Source: Paraglomus brasilianum (taxonomy: Eukaryota). Taken from it: a stretch of 20,000 nucleotides of DNA. Made by a program: the position numbers and the translations under genes. Below are positions 10,780 through 20,000 of the stretch, piece after piece (positions within the stretch are counted from its first letter, which is position 1; each line of letters begins with the position of its first letter). Location: contig CAJVPI010000049.1 in assembly GCA_910592345.1 (NCBI GenBank), positions 47,291 to 67,290 of the forward strand, written 5' to 3'. Below the pieces are notes generated by a model. The model was given only the letters and a program-made list of their open reading frames with translations, was not told where the DNA came from and searched no databases.

Positions 10780-12715
10780 GCCGCATGAGCTGCCACATTA
10801 CTAAAATACGGTTAAATCGTACCGTCGAAGGCGGTTTATAGTAAATGTTTTGCTGTCAATTAAGAAGCGCTAATCTTGTGAGATTGCCAAGTTAACGAAT
10901 TCCTAACATACCACGAATAGTTGTTAATCAGCGTGTCCCCCACCTTTTCTTAATAATGATAAATCGCTACTAATAATAGCAAAAGCGGGATTCAGGAAAT
11001 TTTTTGTTTGTGTCAAAAACCTGACCGGGAAGAATTCATTCAGCCCACTATTACTCTAAATTTAGAGATAGCCAAAAATAATCATGATAAGGTTTCGTAA
11101 CACAGCAGATTTGTTTCAGTATGTTGTATTAATATATTTGTGAGACTACTCAGTCACAAGTTGATCTTGATCACTTTAATCAGGTGGCAGGCATCCTGCA
11201 ACTGCTTTAAACGCCGACATCATGTTTTAAGCCGTATTTGATAAGTCGATGATTTCTGCTGTGGGTAAAGAGACATTGTCGATATCAAAAACTCATTAAT
11301 TATTGTCGAATGACAAAATGTGATGTTTAATAAAGCTATCCCTTAAACTGTATTGTCAGCAAATTTGCCTACAATTTGGATTCGCTTATATCACCTGATG
11401 CTACTAATAAAATACCCCCAACATATATAGTTCGCCAAAGACCTTGGAATCATAGCTATTAGTATGTGAAGTCACATGATTGTAGGTTGCAGAGTCTTGT
11501 TTCTCTTGCTGATCCTTAACTCTAAGCATGTATATTTTATCGATCAATCGCTGATGGAGCCAATACTCATACGTTTAGCACTGTAACTGTTGGTTAACAT
11601 CTGTGTGGTAGATATTCTTATTAAAAAAAGTCTTATCCCACCAACTCTGAAGTCACATCAGACTCACAATACTTACCATAAAGAACCAGATTTCGGTGAG
11701 AAACGGAATATGAATGTAAACCAGAGCAAGAAGAACAATAATAAAAGCTCCGAAGCGAACAAAACAGTAGAAGCAATGTAAGAGTTCAAGAAAGAGAAAA
11801 AGATATGTGGGAGAAGAAGCAGGAGCGGGGAAGTATGAGTTTAAATGTCTGTCTTCAAATGGCCATTACTTCTCAGTGACTTATCTGTTTACCGAGATCT
11901 TTGACTCTTTAGACTCACAAAAAAGTAATAAAAAAAAAGGTCTAAGAATATGGTACGCTATCATAGCTCAAATAAAGCAGAATTTGCAAGAGTTTGAAAT
12001 TTTACCTAAGCATTTTTTCAAAAATAATTTTTAAATGCGCATTATTCTTCAACCACACATTCTTTCACTGCGTAGTTTTTGCTCATTTAAATCTCCAGGA
12101 TTAGGCAAATTATTATTTTTAATGGTTAAAGTTCAAATAATATAGTAATATTGTTTTTTTTTTATTACAAAATTATGTGTCAAAATTGCCAAAAATTGGC
12201 CTACAGATAAATGTTAAAAGAAGGATGTTTTCATTGAAACAAAACAGTTGAAATTGTATATTCAATAAAAGATGAAAAATAAAGATTCTAAACACGCTTG
12301 CATATATATTTTCCAGCAAAATTACATAAAGACAAAGCACATTAATAATACTTAATAATGCAGTAAACATAATAAAATTGATGGTTTTATATATCTAACA
12401 ATTAGCAATTAATATGACGTATTATGTAGACTAGAAATGCCAAATGTATCAAAAGAAATTTCGATTAACCAAACTACTGTCAGCTAAACAGGATGACAAC
12501 TAAAATAGAATAAAGTTGGTTTTTTTCTACGTATTCACGCTATAATATGTAAAAATTTCCTTACTTAATAGGATGCACGGCAATACTGACTGCGTTATAT
12601 GTTTTTTTTTTTAAAAAAATTTCCCCTTCAAAAAACCTACCTATAAACACAAACATACATACAAACATACATACAGCAAAACAAATTAACAAGTTAACAT
12701 AAGAACTATTCTGTC

Positions 12716-14485
12716 TCAAGTTATCTCAATATCATCCTTCTCCGCAGAAGTGTCAACAACGCTCATCGCGGCAATTTTGCCATATACACCGTTGTCTACG
12801 TTTACAACATATTCCCTTAAAAATAATTCCAGTGCAAGCTGTCTTTGTTCTATTGCTATGACTTTCTCGTCGATCGAACAATCTTTTGTTAATACAGTGT
12901 TTGTGAATGGTATATTAGGACTTAGACTATCGCGGAGGGCAGATCGAACTCTGTAGCGGATACACGGAAAATTTTGGACCCAACCCCATGGATCTATTTT
13001 ATCGGCGCCTGTAAAGAAGAAACGAGGGTGATCGATATAGACGTAAATGCACACTTGACAGAAGAAAGGGAAACAATTGAGGAAGAAAATAGATATCACA
13101 TACCGTATAAGCATCTGTAGGTTGCTATTGTAGCTGCGTATATACCTCCCACAGCACTAAACAAATCGATTATTGACAAATTGCTGGAGGAGTAACAAAT
13201 ATGAGTGTTCAATAACATTAACAATGCTACTCGTTTTATTTGACGTCTTAAGTGTCCAATGTATACTCACGGGGTTTCGGTTTCTGTTTCGACCATATAA
13301 GACTTGGGTTTCATTGTTACAGATGCGTAACCTGCGTCGTTTAGGTAGTAGGGATATGACACTTAAAGCAAAATGTTCGATTAGTATGTAGTTTTTCTCT
13401 TGACAAAACGGGAGTTGCTAATTACAATAATTCGTTCTTCTAGCTTACCAAATAAGCTGCTTATCGTTGCTATAGTGTTATGATCGCTTTTTCCAGAAAG
13501 TACGTTTAAAGCATTTTGAGTGAGGGGTTTGGATATTTTGCGTTCAAAAAGAAACAAGTACGACTAATTCACGTGGGGGTTGTTATTATTAGCAATATTG
13601 TAGAAGCATATGTATAATATGTTCATTGCATTGAATGATATACTAAAATTCGTCACCTGGTTTTTAGCGAGGTAGTAATTGTTATCAACAACTGCCGTAG
13701 CCAGGTAATAATAATAATCCAATCCTATTGGAGTTTGTGACGCCGCATTTTGCAAATCAGAAATTGTTTCTAAGAATTTTTGATCAAAATTGTTCGTGTT
13801 AATAGCATAACGATCTTTTTATGTAACTTGTGTTGGACATATTAATTGTATACCTTTGTCACCAAACCACGCTGCCAGATACGCATCGCTACCACTATAC
13901 TTTGCATCCACTATAGTAATTTCCAAGACAATTGCGATTAAGGCAGCCTCGTCATTAAAAGGGTTAACAAACGACAAGTCAAATGCATTGAAGCCTGAAT
14001 AGTAGGAGGAGGACGTTTGGTCGGTTTTATTGACATAATTATTGCAATCACCTGTCGCTAAAATATTAAATTGACACGCACACCATCCACGCGTATCGTA
14101 ATGGTTAATTAACAAATGGGTAAATATTTTGCTGTTATTTTATGTTTATACATACAATAATCATAACGAACTAGCGTGCAGTTGACAGTAAAGTTGAATT
14201 GGGCGATAAAATGAACGGCTGCAAAAAAAAAATTATCAATATTAAATTTAAAATTAGTTTTAATTAGAGGAACGATTACGTACTCGGAGCAGAAATGTCA
14301 CCATAGTCCATCTGATATATTAGTTTAGTCTCATGTTGGCACAGTTTATATAGTTTCCAGGCAAAAAAGGCTGCGACGCATACGTAGGCAATTAATAAAA
14401 ACAACGTTCTCATCTTTTTGATAAGGAAGAGCTCAGAACGTCGTGGAGGAATTTTATCAGTAAGAACGTTGCTTATTGGTTCCAT
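12716..14485 (-). CDS. Copy 3: older, more divergent paralog; 8 exons, 386-aa two-TM protein
   Basis: Exons: 14485-14284, 14218-14156, 14057-13854, 13769-13657, 13563-13449, 13361-13271, 13183-13104, 13008-12716. Intron positions and phases match copy 1, and the 1161-nt spliced frame is open. TM1 is LFLLIAYVCVAAFFAWKLY and TM2 is LFSAVGGIYAATIATYRCLYG, followed by IDPWGWVQ and LALELFLREYVV. The loop has N-glycosylation sequons NFT, NCT, NKT and NLS. Confidence 0.9.
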
Positions 14486-14564
14486 TATGGTAAATAAACG
14501 GTGTGAATTTAAATCGTGAATATACCCTTTCTTTTGCTGTGCAAAATAATCGTAACTAGGCGGG

Positions 14565-14572
14565 TATTTATA
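14565..14572 (-). promoter_or_regulatory. Candidate TATA box of copy 3 (TATAAATA)
   Basis: Positional and sequence conservation with copies 1 and 2. Confidence 0.5.
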
Positions 14573-14738
14573 ACTTAATCTCTTGGCACACTGTTGTACA
14601 CTAAACACAGTACAAATTTGATCATCGGACTTATTTTAGGTAATTTTCTAAAAACGTAACTGAAAAATGTGATCTTTGTCATTGTCCGCAGTACTAGTAG
14701 GTTGGCCGATCGTACAACGGTTTGGTGTTCAAAATCTA

Positions 14739-14760
14739 TTTTTTTTTTTTTTTTTTTTTT
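14739..14760. repeat. Poly(T)22 tract upstream of copy 3
   Basis: Homopolymer seen directly, about 250 nt upstream of the ATG. Confidence 0.9.
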
Positions 14761-15949
14761 GGACAGTAGTTGATTTCTCCAAATCAAATGCTTACTTATC
14801 CATGAATTGCATTTCGTTGTTTCTTATCAACAAAAAGTTTGCTAAAACAAGTTGCGAGATGTTAACTATTGTCTGCCCAAAATAAAACCAAAAGTAACAG
14901 AGTAATAAAGATGCCGTTACCACGTAGCCAGTACTGTGTATTAAATATTGGGGCTATGGAGTCTTTCTTTTATTGCCAAAGTTCAGTAACCAAATGTATA
15001 AACCGAATGTCATTAAATTACAATTTTACCATTTGTCTATCCCATACGATAATGAAGTTGATGCTTTCAGCTCTGATGGTTTTAAAGATAATGATTATGT
15101 CCGCAGCCGCAATCTGCCATGTTATCCGGTCAAAAACGTCAGCTTTACCCACGTATAAATTTGGCTCACTTGACTCGAAGTCTATCGTTTATTATTTTTG
15201 GCACAGGACTGTGCCTATAATTAATTAAAAAAAAAATATAATTTTTTTTTCTGTTCTCTATTTCCGACTTAGAATTGTCATTGCGTTTGTTTTCACTAGC
15301 AAAGTTATCTCAATAGTCTTCATTTTCTTTAACAAGCTGAATTGCGTGCACAAATTGTCGATTATGCAATCTTCGTGCTACAGATAGATCCTGTATTATA
15401 CATTTTTAGTAAGCACTATACAAGTAACTTTGTCTTCGTGCCCTGTAACATTTTTTCTTTAGTTGTTTCCGTGTGTGTAAAACTTTTTAAGCAGGGCACA
15501 TTTATTCCCAAGTATTGAAATCGACAGCCTGGGTTTTAAGCACCGACGGTATCTTCCGAATTGGCGAAATTCTCCACTTAAGAATTAATTCCTTGCGTTT
15601 GTTTCACTCGGAGGCTCGGACAGTGAATCATAATAATAGGGCAATCAAGTGTACAACGGCTCGGAGAATCAACATCTCTAAATTATCATGTTCTAAGCAG
15701 CATATTGTAGTTATTCCCATACTAATACAAGTCCACTATGCGGATACATTCTATTATAAGGGCTTATCTGTTGCTTTCTGCCAAAACTTTTATACAGTAC
15801 GTATTTTGCCTTCCGGAAGAGAGGAGTATATATTGGTTACTAGTCAAAGAAGCGCTAAGACTGTTAAGTAAATTACCAATAATTGCCTTTACGGAGCTAT
15901 GTTGGTCGGAGTTAATCTCCCGTTGTTTTTTTTTTAATAATGATAAACC

Positions 15950-16866
15950 GTGTGTAATAATAGCAAAAGCACAAAATTTTGTACCACAAACGAAAAAACG
16001 CTTTCAGCTAAACAAAAAGAATTGAACAAAAAAGCAGATCGTCCATACAAAAAAAAAATGGTAAAATTCATTAAAATCGGTTTTTATACAATTTCAGCAA
16101 AACTGCGTCGCACAGAGTACAAATCTGCGGAAACGACCCGATTCCGTTCACTGAAAGGAGACAGGTGGAGAGAAAGGTTCGTCAAAATAACATGGATTGA
16201 AGGCATGTAATGCCTATTATATGAATTTAGTAGGAAATCCTTTAGAAGGAACATTAAAACGAGTAGAACTTACAGAAAGGGAACATACAGCAGCAGAAGG
16301 TCTTATATATGAATTTGATGAATGCAAACTTGCTCCAAACAAAGGAATATGGACTGCTCGATATATTGTCTGACAAATTGACAAGTTGGGGAAATTTTCG
16401 CTGTGTAACATGGATAAATTCCTGATTCGACCATCAGAATGAGCAGATGATGCATCATATGATGAGATTGATATCGTAACACAGCAGGCTAATATTAATT
16501 AACTATTAAATCAATTGCTACCGAAAAATACAAGCAAACAAACAAAAAGTGAAAATTTTTTTCAGTATCCAGTACGTTGTATTACATAAAGTAATGGACA
16601 ACCCCGCTTTAAAAGTCAGAGTCTGGAACATTTTATTCACGTCCTGTCTTAAGACTTCATATGGGTAGACTGTAACAAAACCAGACAAAGTGAACATTTG
16701 ACTATGCGAGCTAAAAATGGCTGATGTGGCTAAAGAAACAATAAAAGTAGATAAGGAAGGCTTTGTTTTAGTGTATAGCTGTGGCTCATGCATAACCCAT
16801 GGATATGGACAGATGTAACTAATGACTAAAGCAAAACTGACACAAATGCTTACTCTCATAATTTAA
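15950..16866 (+). pseudogene. Decayed coding remnant, probably transposon-derived, family not identified
   Basis: A long protein-like frame with scattered stops and frameshifts: ...TTRFRSLKGDRW..., ACNAYYMNLVGNPLEGTLKRVELTERE..., ...LKMADVAKETIKVDKEGFVLVY... No splice structure is evident. Confidence 0.35.
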
Positions 16867-16910
16867 TGTAGGATTGTCTCTGTATAAAATATTAATATGA
16901 AACTAATTTA

Positions 16911-17659
16911 CAGTAGGGAGCAAAAGTATCCGACCGGTTATATCCTGCAAATTTACATAATAATAACTGGTTAAACTTTCCAAAACAAAAGTTTGATACA
17001 ATACCTGATCACACGTAAAATTTCAGCTCGAGCGGGAGTCTCCAACAAATTTTCCAAACATTGGATATTTTGTTTCAAAAACATATGAAAACGTATGAAA
17101 CATATCAAAAAATCGTATTCGCTTATTTCGAACTTAAACTTCAAAAATTCATATTTCCATATGTTTCCAATCGATTTTCATGATCCTTTTTTTCTTTTGT
17201 TTATCTAAGCCATCTCTACATATTTTTTGGAACATATAGTCGAATTATGAAACTATTTGTACTATAAATGGAAACAACTGCGCATTATAGCCCTTAGAGT
17301 CGTCATGTTGCATGCTTATTTGCATTTCATAGTAGCGATCACGCTATAATTAGCTCATAGATCCTAAGATAATTACGGCTGGTTCAAAGAATAAAAGAGA
17401 GAAAAAAAGAATACAAAATTTTGTTAGAAAAGTGTCGAGATATAAATTTTTGAAGTTTTATGGTTAGTATCGCATAGAGGGTGTAGTATGGTCCGATGCA
17501 AAATATCCAATGTTTGGAAAATTTGCTGGAGACTTTCGCTCGAACTGAAATTTTACGTGTAATTAGGTATTGTGTCAAACTTTTGTTTTGGAAAATTTAA
17601 CCAGTTATTATTATGTAAATTTGCAGGATATGACCGGTCGGATACTTTTGCTCCTACTG
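16911..17659. mobile_element. Tc1/mariner-type MITE with long (~160 bp) TIRs
   Basis: 16911-17072 is the reverse complement of 17499-17659 with few mismatches. Ends are CAGTAGG...CCTACTG, TA TSD is at 16909-16910 and 17660-17661, and there is no coding capacity. Confidence 0.92.
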
Positions 17660-18175
17660 TACATCAAATCCACTATGGAACCAAAGAATTACGAGTCTGG
17701 TTCATTTCCCTGACAATCACTTCCCCGACAATTACTTCCCATTTCACTACTTTGACTCAATTGCAAATAAAGGGTCAAATAATAATTTGATTTTGTAGAC
17801 ATAATTTTATTACAATGCTAGAATTAAATGTCAGTAAATTTTATTCTAATCTTCCTCTTCCGCCATTCACTCATGACTTGGCTTATTTCACCAAGCCATA
17901 AATTTCACTCACCACTTAAATTGCCATCACTGACTAACCAAGACGAAGGAACTGATAACTGACATTACTATAAGACCGCCCTTTACAAAAGGCCAGATAA
18001 ACTTGGCATTTTGTCTTTTTGCTATTTTACCTTCTGCTTGGTTTAGCAAAAATAAAATAATGCTATACTTCTAATTATACTTTGTATATTAAATCTCTTG
18101 TGTTATGCTTTTTTTCAAAACGTTATACAAAAATGGAAAAGTATAATATTTAGTTTATTTACCACCCTCCATTGT

Positions 18176-18900
18176 TTATTTACTTATCCATATAGGGGAA
18201 TAAAAAAGAGTTAGTAAATGAAATTTTTCCTTTAATTTAAAAAGTTCATTTACTTTTTGAGTTTTGGATAATAATTCTCTCTTTTCTTTTTCGTTAATAT
18301 CAGCATTTTCTATTTTAATGCTTAATCTTTGCAGCGGAGTTTTTAAAGAAGAACCGTCTAGGACCGACAACCAAACATACCGTCGTCGCTATAGTAAGTA
18401 ATTTTTTAGCAACAATTCATTTACTAATATTTGGTTCAACCCATTAACAATTGCTTCCTTAATTAAATAAAACCGACCACATAAGCCCAGTCGAGGCGTA
18501 CATATTTAATTGTCATTCTTTAAATGTTTTGCGAATAGCTGTTAAATAATCTCCAATTTTTTCTTTTTTAGTCTTTTCTTTAAAAACTTTTCAACCAACA
18601 TAACCAAAACCAACTAAAAAAAAAATAGGCCAACTTCTTTCGTGTCAAATAGTATCAAAAATATATATGGTTTTTGGAAGTTCTTTTGAAGAAAATACTA
18701 CTTTTTCGATTTTTGTTATTTCTTCTTCTAAAATTGTAGTTCGTTGTTCTTGATTATTCTTTTGCTATTATCTTCTAATTTCAGTGTTTTGGTCTACTTA
18801 ACTTTTAACATTAGAAATTTCTTGCTTATTTTCACATAGCCCTTTATATACAGAATTTTTCAAGCAATGTGCTGTTTTTTCTTCTCAGCAGAAAGTTTTT
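18176..18900 (-). pseudogene. Decayed Lys/Glu-rich coding remnant with one hydrophobic stretch
   Basis: Broken minus-strand frames: ..QRTTILEEEITKIEKVVFSSKELPK.., ..SWPIFFLVGFGYVGWKVFKEKTKKEKI.., ..KIENADINEKEKRELLSKTQKVNELFKLKEKF. It abuts the MITE at 18922. Confidence 0.3.
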
Positions 18901-18921
18901 AAATTGATCTATGAAAATCTA

Positions 18922-19611
18922 ACAGTAAAGTCCGCTTTAACGAAGAGCTCCGTCCGCCGTTAAAGCGAACTGTTCGTTAAAGCGGACTTCTACCTATATA
19001 ACGAACTTTCATTATGTCACGTGATATTAGTTAAAGTGGTTTACTTCTGTACTGACATATTTCCTTCTTCGCGGAACAATATTTGTCTTTAACTCGGGGA
19101 CGTTTTTTGGGAGGTTCTATACCTAACAATGGTGAGGCTTGTTTCTCACAATCGCTTGCAACCTGAACGGGCGAAGAATTAGACATCTTTATTACATGCA
19201 GTGTATTGTTTAAAGCTCTATATACAGTAATACTACACAGTGAAATTCACTTTCACGAAGTCTCACTTTACAGATCGCTTTATAATGAAGTTCTTTTCAG
19301 AACGGATTCATACATTTTATATAAAAAGACAGTTTACTTAAGCGAGCTTTCAGGTTAACGAAGCAAAAATCGTGGAACGAATGTCTTCGTTAAAGTGAAT
19401 TTCACTGTGTATAATAATAACAAATGTTATAATATACCTGAACTTCGTTATGCACCAAAATTTCATTTCTTTGCTATATCGTTATACAGATTTTAATTAT
19501 AAATCTTCGTTAACCGGGCTAAGCATATATGAATGAATCGGTTCCTGAAAAAGCTTCGTTATAAGGCTATCTTCGTTGAAACGGACCTTCGTTAAAGCGG
19601 ACTTTACTGTG
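18922..19611. mobile_element. pogo/Tigger-like MITE (outer element)
   Basis: Perfect 23-bp inverted repeat cagtaaagtccgctttaacgaag (18923-18945 / 19587-19609), TA at 18920-18921 and 19612-19613, and many subterminal 'cttcgtta' repeats. Confidence 0.85.
19236..19409. mobile_element. 174-bp MITE nested in a related MITE
   Basis: 25-bp TIRs cacagtgaaattcacttt(c/a)acgaag with 1 mismatch, and TA on both sides (19234-19235, 19410-19411). Confidence 0.85.
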
Positions 19612-20000
19612 TACTACATACTCACTGGTTTTCAGTGGGGAGGATTTCAATAAAAACTCTCACTTCTGATGGATTTTTTATATATCTTCCTTTTTGGCGT
19701 TCACTTTTACAGCAAGCACAAGATCCCATAGTTTATACATTTATATTATAATTATAATTAATTATTATTCTTTTCATTTTAGTTTACAAATTAAAAGCGG
19801 AATATTTTAATTTGTTTAAAAATCAGACGGAGAATTTAATGACAGCAAAAAACTCATGGATGTTGAAGTAATATAGAGGATTTTAGTTATTTATTGCCAG
19901 TATTAGTATAGGTTGGTCTTGGAAAGTAATATCTTTGAATTCATCTCTAATAAGCGGGCGAATGTTATGATAAAGATATTCTTGCTTTTTGTAATCTAAT

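Noticed and set aside
10800..12400. Short ORFs and purine-rich stretches between copies 2 and 3
   Set aside because: No recognisable domain, splice pattern or terminal repeats. Probably decayed repeat or intergenic DNA.
14486..14608. N-terminal extension of the copy-3 exon-1 ORF from a non-ATG start at 14608
   Set aside because: It spans the TATA candidate and the 5' leader. The first ATG at 14485 aligns with the start of copy 1.

Overview
AT-rich eukaryotic, most likely fungal, DNA. The short 70-100 nt GT-AG introns and the pogo/Tigger- and Ginger-type transposon debris suggest Mucoromycota/Glomeromycotina (inference). The ORF track fragments the main feature, which is a minus-strand tandem array of three paralogous 8-exon genes: copy 1 at 681-2432 (374 aa), copy 2 at 8134-9917 (pseudogene) and copy 3 at 12716-14485 (386 aa). 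I spliced all three by hand, and intron positions and phases are identical. The proteins have an N-terminal TM helix, a ~220-aa probably beta-rich ectodomain with two conserved Cys, a second TM starting 'DL(I/F)SAVGGIY', a 'PWG..Q' motif and a short C-terminal amphipathic/coiled segment. This architecture resembles trimeric two-TM channels (PAC/TMEM206, ENaC/ASIC). Between the recently duplicated copies 1 and 2, several exons have diverged far more than the introns, which suggests diversifying selection. The intergenic DNA holds nested Tc1/pogo-type MITEs, a Ginger-like integrase element, a ~400-bp unexplained repeat present four times, and decayed coding remnants.
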